The translations under genes and the position numbers were made by a program. The notes beneath the pieces are model-generated. The model made no database searches, was not told the origin of the DNA, and was given only the letters and a program-made list of their open reading frames with translations. A stretch of 63,668 nucleotides of DNA, the filler included, from Intoshia linei (Eukaryota; Animalia; Orthonectida), in the NCBI GenBank assembly GCA_001642005.1. It is 7 parts of 7 records of this genome, joined end to end, with 100 filler letters (N's around TTAATTAATTAA, not from the genome) between each part and the next. Parts side by side here need not be neighbours in the genome. Positions count along the whole stretch, not along the records: positions 12,851 to 37,695 come from LWCA01000518.1; 6 more parts are not named here. The stretch is one strand, 5' to 3'. Every line of letters starts with the position of its first letter. The stretch's first letter is position 1. Shown here piece after piece: positions 14,634 to 26,436 of this stretch.

Positions 14634-15556
14634 ATGAAGAGAAATGCAAATTCTCAAAATAAAACTAAAAAATATAGAAAAACTAATACTCTATTATCGG
14701 ACATTGCAAATTCAGACGTTGAAGGAATCTTAATATCATGCAGTAAACATTCATCTCAAGCGTATTTAGAAATAATTAGTATTTTAAACGATATAAACGA
14801 GGTTTTTATAATTGTGTGAATTGACCAAAATAGTTTTTAAATAGTCAAAATGTATTAACACTTTGATATGTGATAAATGTTCTTTTAGAAGTGTCATCTT
14901 GATTTGACATGAACCGTTACATAAAAGGAAATAGATTTTTGGCCTATTCACCAACCATTTTACAAATATATAGAATTTATAAAACAAAAAAATATTTATA
15001 GATAGAATACAATGAAAACACTGAAAAATATTCCTCAATGGATCTACCAATGGACGACAAATTTGAGAAATTTATATGGAAAGCATACGACACGAGAATG
15101 AAAAGTTTCATGTTTTTTTCTAAACCACAAGTAATTTCAAAAAGCATTGTAGAAATAATTCAAAACCTTTTCATGAAAATGGAAACATCAAAATGCAGTT
15201 TTGGGTCAAATATACTTCGAATATCACCAGTTTTAGGATTATCCAGTACAAAAATTGAATTATTTCAACGTTTGGTGAATAAAAAACTTGAAAATTTAGA
15301 AAAATATGATTCGTTCGCTATACAATTTAAAAAAAGAAACAACTCAAATTTAGATAAAGAAGATGTGATAAATATTGTTCATTCTAGAATAACAAATTTT
15401 GTAAATTTTGCAAATATTCGTCTCAAAAGTGCGCACCTAACCATCAATGTTGAAACTATCATGAATGTAGCTCTACTTATAATGTATCCAGATTTTGAAA
15501 AATTTTCAAAGTATAACCCACAGCAATTTATAATCAACATTTGTAAAAATTTGTAG
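14634..15556 (+). CDS. THUMPD1: THUMP-domain protein 1 (Tan1-like tRNA ac4C adaptor)
   Basis: Exons 14634-14801 and 15002-15556. GILISCS, ILRISPV, FAIQFKKRNNSNLDKEDVI and DFEKFSKYN match the THUMPD1/Tan1 pattern. Confidence 0.85.
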
Positions 15557-15570
15557 ATAAAATTTTATTT

Positions 15571-16399
15571 TTAATTTATATCGTTTGACGAACTTGTTAC
15601 ATTAAAGTCAATTCCTGAATCGTCTTGGATTACATCTTTTATTTGTATAGACTAAAAAAGAATAATATATTGTTTTCTCACGTTTTTTAAATATGCGTTA
15701 GTTCCTTACAAGATTTTAAATTAAAAAATTCCAATTTTGTAAAAATGTTAGTATAATTACAAAAAAGGAAATAATGGAAATGTAAAATAAAAAATACATT
15801 TAAAACGTTTGCGAAATATTCACAATCTTTGGATGTTTCTTTAAGGTTTTCGTTTTCTAGTTTCAATTGAGCATTTTGTAGTTTTAACTGTTAAAATTGG
15901 TAAGTCTAATTTAAAACGTAATTACCTTTTCGTTTTCTTCAATGGTTTCAATTACACATTGCGATAATTTTTCTGATTTTTCTTTCCAAAATCTTTCAGA
16001 TGGGTTTTCTACGTTTATAATTTAAATTAGAGATATAGGTTGTATACAGCAATTAATTGTAAATGCAATAGTGATTTATATCACATCATTGCGGAAATGA
16101 ATAATTCAGTATTTACATTATTAGAAACTAACCAAATAAAATACCCAGTGTCATAAAATCAACATGATCTTGAACGGATAGAGGACGGCACATGATACAA
16201 TTTTGAGATTTATCAATTTTTGTTCTTTTTGCATTGATTTTAATTTCTCTCAATATGGTACGTTTTTTAGGACGAAAAAACTAATAAAAATTGATTAAAT
16301 TTAAAAACATTGACATACATTTAACGTTGCGGCGGTATTTTTAATTTTTTCTTTTTTCTAAAATAAATATTATTGTAAATTTTGATAATTGTAAACCAT
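15571..16399 (-). CDS. GMNN: Geminin (DNA replication licensing inhibitor), 143 aa, 6 coding exons
   Basis: Exons 16399-16397 (ATG only), 16357-16319, 16280-16145, 16008-15926, 15887-15798 and 15651-15571 are all GT-AG and in frame. D-box-like KRTILREI is followed by DFMTLENPSERFWKEKSEKLSQCVIETIEENEKLKLQNAQLKLENENLKE..CEYFANVL, the geminin coiled-coil signature. Confidence 0.85.
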
Positions 16400-16434
16400 G
16401 ATTATACAAGGATTATTAAAATATGAAACGCTAC

Positions 16435-16443
16435 GGCGCCAAA
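16435..16443 (-). promoter_or_regulatory. E2F-binding site (TTTGGCGCC) ~35 bp upstream of the geminin ATG
   Basis: Exact match to TTTSSCGC in a GC-poor context. Geminin is an established E2F target in animals. Confidence 0.6.
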
Positions 16444-16520
16444 AAAAAGAAAATTAATAAAGTTTTAGTTTACTCATATAATGATATGGTTGTTATAATA
16501 ACACATTCATTTGATCCTTT

Positions 16521-18190
16521 TACATATATATCAAAATGAATGTCTGTGTGTAATCATTTATTGGAAAAATTGACTGTGGTAGGATTTTAAATACCCAATT
16601 TCCAATAAAGTTTTTCCCAGAGCGTGTTTTTATCTACTTTTCAGTTTCAGAATTTGAGTCCTTCAGGGTAAAAACCCAATTTCCTTTTTTGCTTTAAACA
16701 TAAAACGGGTCTTGTGCAGTTTAGAGCCATTAGTTTGAACTTTTTCAATCAACTTTATTATTTTTAATTTTAATTGAAAATTTTAAAAATTAAACTGTGA
16801 TGCATCATCTTGGCAATATTGTTAACATTTATAATATAATATCGACTTTATCATCACATGAATTATAATTTATTAGACGATATGAATGCATTAGGTGTTT
16901 TTGAGCGAACTAAGGGCATTGAATCTACAATATCGTTTTGTAAACATATTGGTTGATAGATATATTATATTATATAATTTATTGAATAGGTTTACTTAGT
17001 ACCAAAAAAATATGTCCCATGTGTGGTAAAGAAATGTTTTTTTCATAAAAGGCTTGTATTGATGAATTCAACATGAAATGTTCCGTGCCACGTAAAAAAG
17101 TACTATCAATTCGAAATGGTACCTTTTTTGAAAAAAGTCATTTAACTCTCTCCAATTTGTTTAGCGTAGACGGTATTAGAAATTGTAAAACTCAACAACC
17201 TAATTTATAGATTTTGCGAAAACACTGCATTCAGGAGTATTATATAACATGTAGCTCTCATTTACCCTCAATAATTATTAATTATATTTTGTTTATGAAA
17301 TTAACTAATAAATATTTTTTAAAAATTCTATTTGAAATAATTTCCGAAAAACTGAACAATTTTCAATCGTTTTCATTTAAATATGCGTACAATTAGATTG
17401 TCAAAAATGATGTACAATAAATATACTTTAAAAATAACAATAAAGTTGATTTAAAAAGTTCAAACTAATGGCTCTAAACTCCACAAGGCCCCATAAAACG
17501 TACATTCTGGGCGCGTTTTAAAATCATTGACATTGTCGTTAATCTCAGCCTCCGAAACGCATACCTTCATGGTAAAAACCACAAATTACCCTTTGTTTTA
17601 AAAATGAAACATGTCCTAAGATTTTTTAAACATAAATTCTAGTATTGTTTTAAAATCATAGACATTATCATAAATGGAAACCCCACATTACCATTTTTTT
17701 TAAATGAAAACAGCGCTAGAATTTAAAAAAAACTACAGATGGTACAGTTTTATCCTGTTAACACACACAAAAAATTTAAATCTGAATAAGTGACGCTTTC
17801 ACCGTCAAAAAAGTACTTTAATATTCATTTTTTTGTATTGCAAAACTATTTTATTAAAACAAAAAATTTGCAATAATTAATGGTACTACAATTAAAAAAA
17901 AATATTTTTCTGATAGAACTTATTCCATTTAATATAAATACAAAATTTTAACCCCAGAAGTCTATGTACTGCCGGTGAAAAATAATTTTCAATATATTAT
18001 CAACCAATATTTTCCAAATGTTGTATTAAAATTAAAAAGTAAAATAATCATTCCACAATTTCAAAAAAATGTGCATTGTAATTTACAAAGCTTTGTAATA
18101 TTGGTAACATTCATCTGAAATATATTTCTAAAGTGCTGATTCCGTTAATTATTAATACATAATTGGTATTTTCAATTATTTATTAAACTG
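16521..18190 (+). mobile_element. Non-autonomous Helitron-like repeat copy, interrupted by a Merlin element
   Basis: The 5' motif TATATATCAAAATGAATGTCTGTGTG resembles the end at 29546. The body 17500-18170 is similar to reverse-complement copies at ~30160-30860 and ~52450-53337. Boundaries are approximate. Confidence 0.55.
16707..17491 (+). mobile_element. Merlin (IS1016/ISXO2-like) internally deleted element
   Basis: ~60-bp TIRs (GGGTCTTGTGCAGTTTAGAGCCATTAGTTTGAAC / GTTCAAACTAATGGCTCTAAACTCCACAAGGCCC) and 8-bp TSD CATAAAAC. Transposase N-terminus from ATG 16882 reads ...FCKHIG|LLSTKKICPMCGKEM..LSIRNGTFFEKSHL, with a 38-nt intron at 16952-16989. Confidence 0.8.
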
Positions 18191-18204
18191 GTACTGAATA
18201 TATA

Positions 18205-18300
18205 CAGGGTGTTCATTTAACAGTGCACATATTTTTATTATGAAAAATGTATAGAAAATATAAAAATGTGCGATTTGAATGATATAAAATGAACACCCTG
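18205..18300. mobile_element. 96-bp mariner-type MITE
   Basis: TA|CAGGGTGTTCATTT...AAATGAACACCCTG|TA. Confidence 0.75.
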
Positions 18301-19152
18301 TATTATCACAGTCAAAATAACAAAATACAGAGCCGTTTTAAGGCATGGGCAATATGGGATGTAGTCCAGGGTCACTCATTAAAAAAGGCCCCCAAATTAA
18401 TAAAAGTACTTTACATTTATATCTTAAAAAGAGGCCCCCAATTTATTAAAAAATACTTCACATTTATATCTTAAGAAACAGTTTATAAGTTTTGAAGTGT
18501 GGGAATTCAAATAGCTAGAAAGAAAATTGTTTAATCAAAATTGAATCAAAGTTCTGGTAATTATTCAATTAAAAATATATTTTACATTGTAAAATCTACA
18601 ATGTTTATCATATAATATTGACATAAAAACTGTTTCAAATGATAATATTAAACATTAAAACCTTTCTATTAAGTGAATATTTAAAAAAGAAAGTAGGAAA
18701 TCTTTGATTTTCTCTTATTAACTTTCAAAAACGGGGCTTCTACAAGGGGTCTTAAATTTTTTTTATCGCTTCGCTCAAAACTTTAAAGTCTATAGTATGT
18801 ATCACATAAAAAATTTGTTATTCTATCATTCGAAATATTTGAAAAATATTGGTTGATAATATATTAAGCCATTCATATTTGGCCAGTTATATAAATTGAC
18901 TTTGATACCGCTGCTATAAGAAGAATTGATTGTAATGCAATTTAAATTAAATCAAATTATCTTGCGGGGTATTGTTTGAATACAATGATATTATTAAATT
19001 GTAGAATTGTTTGATTGAATTTCAGACATGTGTAACACTTTGTATAGACGAATATTGTATTTACATAATTTTTTGTAAATATTTACAATAAATTTGGTAA
19101 GATAAATATTTTTTTATCAGTTTTGTATCAAACACATTAATACAACTTAAAA

Positions 19153-20833
19153 ATGAAAACTTGCATTTTAGTAGCTGAAAATTTCGAAGAAATTGAAATG
19201 ATCAATACAGTTGATGTATTGAGACGTGGAAAGGTAGTTTAATGTTATTGTTTTTAATATTCTTAGATACTGGTGGATATATTAAGTATTTCCGAAGATA
19301 AAAAAGTTATGGGATGCAACAATATTTCTGTATTTTGTGATGATTTAATTAAAAATAAATTGAATGATATGTACGATTGTGTCATTTTTCCTGGTGGACC
19401 CGGATATCAAAACTTGGCTGCGGTAATTTAGATTTACATATCACATTTAACCCATTCAAATTTTTATTAGTATAAAATATTAATTAATTAATAAATTTTT
19501 ATTCATAGAGCGAAAAGGTAAAAACCTTTGTGATTAAGCACCATGATAACAAAAAGAAAATTGCTGCTGTATGCGCAGGTACTTTCCTTGTTATTATTTG
19601 ATGCTGCTATACGTATTGAGATTTTTTCATAATCTTCACTCATAAAATATATCCTTCGTTATTCAAGTTTACCTTTTTTCCATTGGCTGCACTTGAAACT
19701 ACAATTAAGAATAGTAGGAATGCAAATTAGGAGCACAACCTTACAATTTGACCAATGTCATTTCCCGTTATGGTTTTTACTCTTATTCTAAAAATGTAGC
19801 AATATAAGTTGACTACTTAACCCTTACGAAATAATTGCATGTATAGATGTCAAAAACTACACTCATAAATTTACATTGGTTTGTATAGAAACCAAAATAA
19901 GGCGGTACCAATATAAATTATGAACAAATTACTATTCATAAAATAACATGTAATATGCGTAAAAATTAATTTTATTATCAATGTTTACTTTGTGCCAACA
20001 ATAAAATAAATTATATTCTAATAAAATATAATAAAATCACGCGACGTGATTGTAATTACGTGTCTTAAATAAAAATATTTTATTGCTAATTCTAAGCCAA
20101 ATTTAAGTTGTTCACTTTACAAATCAATGACATTTGAAATTTCTGAATTTTGAGCTTTAAATTTAGTGTTTTTTAACATTTCAAAAGTGAAATTTTTTGC
20201 TTTCAATTTTGAAAATCAGCAGTCTCGTAATGGTTAACTATTATTATGTAAAATGTCTCATTACTCTGTTTATATTATTTTAATAGCCATGTTGACTTTA
20301 ATTTAATTTACTTTTAATTTTTTTCGTGACATGACGGCTAACGCTTGCTGTGAATTCGAATCTAAATATTTAACTTACATTTTGAAAGTTAGATTAAAAA
20401 TAATATTTTTTTAATTTAGCTCATTTTGCAGTTCAAGAATTTGGATTGTTTAAAGGTGCCACAATTACGTGTTATCCATTGGTTAAAGATAATGTCTCAA
20501 AAGGTAAAATATAATGTTATTTTAAACTTGACCGCATTTTTGTAAAATGAATTCATTATTTTTTTAAAATTATATTCTTGGATATCATAACTACTCTATT
20601 TTTCTATCTCAGAGGCGGCTAGGTGCTATACAATATGTATGAGGAAACTATACATATTTAACATTATTATTTTAGACTACACTTATAAAGAAGCTGCAAC
20701 GATGGTACATGGAAATTATATAACAGGGCGTTCTCCCTCCAATACTATAGACTTTGCATTAAAAATTGTAGAAGAATTAACATCATTGGAAGTAGTCAAA
20801 GATGTAGTAAAACAATTGGCCCCTTTAAATTAA
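19153..20833 (+). CDS. PARK7: DJ-1/PARK7 (ThiJ/PfpI family) glyoxalase/deglycase
   Basis: Exons 19153-19233, 19267-19422, 19509-19578, 20420-20503 and 20676-20833. Motifs: FEEIE..DVLRRG, YDCVIFPGG, IAAVCA (nucleophilic Cys), TCYP, ITGRSP..IDFALKIVE. Confidence 0.93.
19821..20233. mobile_element. piggyBac-like MITE in DJ-1 intron 3
   Basis: TTAA|CCCTTACGA...TCGTAATGG|TTAA. Confidence 0.6.
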
Positions 20834-21606
20834 CTTAATAAATACTACTTACTGTCATACCGTTAAAATAAATGTTAGTAAATTCAATTTATTTCATTTT
20901 CAACTTAATTATTTTTTCATCGTAAGACCCCACTTTTAAGTTTATTCCCAATCGGTGATTGAGAAAAAAGCTAGCTAAACTAGACTTGAAAATCATCTAT
21001 AAACTCAATCTAAATTTCACATTTTGAAAAATTACATTATTTGTACTACTAATTTTGTAAGTTAAGTATTAATGTAGTTAACAGTCATAAGAATAAAAAT
21101 TTTTACAAGTTAATGTTTGTTTTTCGGTAGTATGTAATTCTTAGTATAATAAGGTATATACAATTTAGTAATTATTTAGGTTTTGGTTATTCATTCATTA
21201 TTTCCAGAAACATGAACATTTCAAATTTAAAACAGGTTATAAAACTAAAACAAAAATTATTTTAGTACACTGTCGTAATTAACCCTATGCCTGTGGTAAA
21301 ATTTACCATTTTTTAAGAAAGTAAGAAATTAAATATATTTCAATATTGGAAAGTTTCCGTCATACATCTTCCGGTCAAAAACTCCAATTGTCCTTTTTTA
21401 TGTCGTAGAATTGAAAAAAGTACACAGATACTGATTTAAAAATCATGATACATTTTAATTTCATAAAGGTACATCTTCACAATCAAAATAACGAAATTAC
21501 CAATTATTTTAAAAAAGACTACGTCTAATACAGCTTCTTTCAGTTTAAATACATAAGTACAGAACAGTAAAGCTAGTAAATATTATATATTCAGTAGTCT
21601 CCAGAC

Positions 21607-21879
21607 CAGGGGTTCCCAAACTCATTTTGCCTACCGCCCCTTTTTAGCAATATGTTTTTTCAACGCCCCCTATAAAATTTTTGTATGAAAAAAGTGATGT
21701 AAATGTGTGTAATTAATAATTAAAATGTTATAATAAAACAATCACTGAATATTACATGGAATTATATTTTAAATTTGGTACCGCCTCAATTTTCTATACT
21801 GAAATATATTAAAAAAATTTTGTATTTGTTTTTATAATCGCCCCGTGGTGGGCAATATTGCCCACTTTGGGAAACACTG
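21607..21879. mobile_element. hAT (Charlie/Buster-type) MITE
   Basis: CAGGGGTTCCCAAA...TTTGGGAAACACTG, flanked by CTCCAGAC / CTCTAGAG. Confidence 0.75.
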
Positions 21880-21894
21880 CTCTAGAGTCTAGAG

Positions 21895-22203
21895 CAGTGT
21901 TTCCCAACATTTTTTACTACACTATCCATATTATAGTACTTATTTTGATATTACCCACTATATTCTTTAACTACATTTTGGATGGTCAGGTTTTTAGAAT
22001 AAGCCATATAAATTTTTTAATAGTAAAATAAAGGGGAAATTGTGTTTTTGATCTTGAAGGACTCAATGGAAAAAATTATATTTCATACGTTACTGTGGAT
22101 GCGGCACAAAAAAATAAAAAAATTACTATTTTATAAATATATAATTTAATGAACAAATTTCGCGATTACCCATGAAAAATTACCCACAGGTTGGGAATCA
22201 CTG
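21895..22203. mobile_element. hAT (Charlie/Buster-type) MITE
   Basis: CAGTGTTTCCCAAC...GTTGGGAATCACTG, flanked by GTCTAGAG / CTCTAGAG. Confidence 0.75.
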
Positions 22204-22553
22204 CTCTAGAGTCTAAACAACTCACCATTAATTTAAATTATAGACTAAGTTTCAAAAACCATATTTCAAAATAAGTTGAGTTATTTTATTGCAATTAAAC
22301 CTGTAATTTAAAGGTTTTATCTACTGTTTCTATAAATTGAAATTTTATATCTTGCCAACTTTTTCTAAATCCTAAGAATGGCAAGTTATAGAGAATACTG
22401 AAGTTTATTTTATAATTTCCATAAACCATTTAAACATCATAAAGAACAATTTTTAAATAAACAAATTAATGATTATACATGAAATAAAACCAATTTAATT
22501 ATCATAACAAATCTAAAAAAATGAAAAAGTATACAAATGAATAAACATTATTC

Positions 22554-25500
22554 TTAAATATCAGTAACCAACTCTGAAGATTTTATATTTGGATTGAAAG
22601 CAGATTGAATATGCTTGGATAAATCCAATGGTCGAATATTCTAAATTAAAATATTAAATTGATAAAAAATTGTTTCTTATAAATCAGTTTTTCCAAACCA
22701 CCATAATTATTTCGCTTACAATACTTTAATACAGTGGTCTCCATTAAATCAAACCCTGGTTTATTCGAAATTATCACGCTTTAAAATTAAATAAATAAAT
22801 TTAAAAATACAAGATATAAGTGTGTAATGATAGATGAGAATTTAATAAATATAATCCATATTAGAAATATATTAAAAAATTTAGGTACTAAATAACACCT
22901 CTACTTTTAAGTTTTATTTAAGTACAGGGTTATAAGGTGTGGTTTTTTCAAAAATAAGTTAAAACAAGTTAATTAACAATAACATTATGTTAAATTATGT
23001 TTTTTTCCGTGGTGTCTGCAAAATTTCTAATCTATTGTTAGTGTATCATCAACCAAAATAGTTTGAGTGCTTCTGAACAATAGAAAACTGGTCAAATTGT
23101 GAAAATGTTATTCATAAAAGAAATCTAAACATTTTCCATGTGACGTTATCAAAATTTTATTTTTTTGATCAAGTTAAACATTGCATCACCCGGGTTAGGG
23201 ACCATTGTAGTCAACTATAATTAATTAATTAGGGCCATAATTATTAATAAAATCAAATTTTGACTATACCTAAAAAAGACAACTCAAGATGGGAAATCAA
23301 AGTCATATTCAAACCTATAATTCTCAGTTAACAGTTATTGAAAAAGTTTGGAAATTACCGAAATAATTAAATTAATAAAGCATACGTTTTTGTTCAATTT
23401 TCTGGGAAAAACAACATTAGTCGGCAGGAAAGTGTCATTAACTCTAAATTATATATCTTCAATACACAAAAATATCATTGTTTTGAAACAATTTGAATTT
23501 TCTAGGGTCATTTAGATTTTACCACAACACCTTTATCATAATGAAAAAGTAAGGTGCTTATAAAAAATAACCCTTTATAAATCACAATTATGACCGAAAA
23601 GTTAAGTATTCATTTTTGAAATACTAACATGAAAATACAATAATTATGATTTATAAGCTACATTCTTGTATGCTAAAAAAAAAAAATCTCACGTCTACGT
23701 AAATCCAACCTTTTTCTAAAAATCAAAATTTATCAACCCTAAAAAGACTAATACAATTTTAACAACCATTTAGTAAAAATTCCAATTTTACCAACCACAA
23801 AAGGAAAAGTCCAGTTTTATCAATCGTTAAGGGAAAGTTACATTTTTACTAATTATTAAATTCCATTTAGTTTATAAAATTATAATTTGAGATGATTTTT
23901 TTTGCAGGACACGATAAAATGGTATTACCTTTACCCTCATGAATAAATTGAAATAAATATCATTACCCCATAAATTGAAAAAGTGTATATTTTATGTATT
24001 GTATGGGTTACTGTAAATGTATACAAATATATAATTACGCAAGATTAATAAAATTGCATAAATTTATTCATAAAAAATCAAAAATAGTCATTTGTCAAGT
24101 TTGTAACCAATATCCAAAGAACAATTTAACTATTACTTTTCTACGCTACGGTTATATAAATTTTCTATAATATATAGTTATGGATTTTTCAATAAAGATG
24201 AAATTTGGTAGGTAAAAGTAAAATTTTCAACAAATGGTTTGTAAAAGTGGAATTTTCCCTAAAAGCTTTGATAAAATTTGGTTGGTAAAACTAGAATTTT
24301 CCCTAAAAAGTTTGGTAAAATTGTATTTTTATGATTATTATTTCAGTTATGGATTTTTCCTTTTAGGGTTGGTAAACTGACATTTTCCATCATAGGTTTG
24401 TAAAAGTCGATTTTTCCCTAAAGGGTTTGGTAAAATGGGATTTTATCCTTTTAGAGTTAATAAAAGTGGATTTTTTCTCTAAAGGTTTTTATTTTATGTT
24501 TTTAGGGTTGATAAAAGTAGAATTTTCCCTTAAGGATAGTACTTTTTGATTTTTAGTAAAAATGGTTAGATTTAAGAATATTCTCCTACAAAATGGACCC
24601 AATGATACCTGAATAGTATTAAAAAAATTCCCATTTTCAATGATAAAATTAACGTAGAATTAACCTGCTTGTATTGGTGGACGAATTTCCATCGACCGGT
24701 ACAAAAGCAGAAGTATTTTGATCATATCGAATTTGTGAGCTTTTTCGCATTTGATACTTGGTTGAAATATTATGAGATGTAGCATTAATTGGTTTGGGAT
24801 AATAAATTTTACTTTGATCCTGATGTTGAGCAGTATAACTTTTATAATGATTAGAGTTAATTTTATTTCTATACTTATTGATTGCATGCTTGTACATTTT
24901 TCTAACTTTTTCATCGTCATTGATTGTAACTTCTGTAAATTGAACGTCTTCTGTAGCATCATTAGAATCAACATATCTAAAGTGTTGAGCAAATTCTGCA
25001 GGTGGTTTTATCGCTTTGCGCATACGCTTACGGTGGCTTTCGGTATCACTAATACTGTTATCGTAGTCGGGTCTATTTCGTCCATGTAAATATTGACTAT
25101 TATAAGTGCTTTTATTGAGAGATATTAAAGAATTTCGAGGATGTGATTTTAAAAAGTTTTTGGATGAATACGGCATAGACTTTACACTTATTGGAGATTC
25201 AATTGAATCATTATCGTCATCTTGTTTATGCTCCCTAATGAATCCGTCTGTTTGTTTATTGATGAGAGTTGTATTGATATTTGTTACATTACACTGATTA
25301 ACTGTAGAAAGTCTTCTTTCGTGTCGTTTGCTAGGGGTGCGTTTAACAATAGGTTCGTCTCCATTACAGGTAAAAGTAGAAATAGCAGACATGTTGCTAA
25401 TGTTCATTACAGAGTTATTTCTCAATTTTTTCAACCGATTTACAGAATTATTGGCAGCGTATTGTTTATAAAATGAAAAATGTTCCAAGCACCGTTTATA

Positions 25501-26436
25501 GATAAAACGGCAAATATCTTTTGAGCATATTTCAAAAGAATAAATATGGTCAAACGACTTGTTGTCTTTAGCCTTAATGAGTAAAAACTTTTTTTTTCTG
25601 CTAATTTTTGAAATCCTACTCCAAAGATATCTTGTAACCTTTTCCTTATCCTTATAGACCACGATTGCATGCGGGGAGATTCCAATGTACAAAACAAAAT
25701 GTTCAGTCTTTTTAGCTATAAACAGAGTTACACCATACGTTTCTAACCATTTAGCCTTATCCAAGTATCGATTTTCCACATATGATGGTTGAAATCCAGT
25801 CAATTTTTTGTGTAAATAAGCGACACGTCGTTCAAATTTGATATTCTGGTTCGCAATGAATCGAAATTCTGAAACATACCCCAAAGTATGTTCGTCAACA
25901 TCAAAATCGCCTAATTCAGATTGTAAAACGTACGAAGCTAATTCAGTAGACGAATAATATTCTATATCGGTTGTTCCATTCAAAATATCACTTTTTATTT
26001 GAAGATAAAACATGTATCTTGTTATTTCTTCTTTCAATGTGCAGGGATCGGAAATGTAAAATCTGACGCAGAAAATTAAATGAATCGGCTCGTCTTTAAT
26101 GTCTTTAAAATTGTTGGAAATTGTTTTGTCCATATCTACCCAAATACTTCCAATATCATCAAGTTGTGGTATTTTCAATCCAAAATATTGTCGTTCGTTC
26201 AGGTTTAAATAAGAACACACATGCTCAAATAAATCGCAGCCTCGGTGAGTTGTTTGAAAGGACGCTGTAATGACACTAGCATCCAACAAGGAAATTTTAA
26301 AATAAAGATTGGAAATGTTTTTATCGTTCAACTTTTCATGGTACGGTTTTAAAATTTTGCCATTCTCTTGATCTTTTCTTTTTAATCCAGATTTAAAGAA
26401 TTTTGGTATTAGTTTTGATAATTTTTTAGAAATCAT
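22554..26436 (-). CDS. EPB41L4A: Band 4.1-like FERM protein, EPB41L4A/NBL4-like. Large first exon 26436-24665, proposed micro-exon 24608-24590 and last exon 22640-22554; the unspliced ORF stops at 24649
   Basis: FERM motifs HVCSYLNLNERQYFGL, RFYISDPCTLKEEITRY, QSELGDFDVDEHTLGYVSEFRF and LETYGV. The subfamily call is from recalled similarity. The two 3' exons are less certain; they give a C-terminus ...SELVTDI*. Confidence 0.8.
23700..24573. repeat. Foldback-like element: inverted arms built from ~30-bp tandem repeats
   Basis: Outer IR AAATCCAACCTTTTTCTAAAAATCAAAA / TTTTGATTTTTAGTAAAAATGGTTAGATTT. The right arm repeats GGTAAAAGTGGAATTTTCCCTAAAAG-like units and the left arm repeats their complement. 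Confidence 0.6.

Noticed and set aside
19097-19120. 24-nt GTAAG...TCAG candidate intron in the DJ-1 5' UTR
   Set aside because: Below the 33-nt minimum seen elsewhere, and there is no reading frame to test it against.
24660-25697. Several overlapping ORFs within the FERM exon
   Set aside because: Shadow frames of the real CDS with no motifs.
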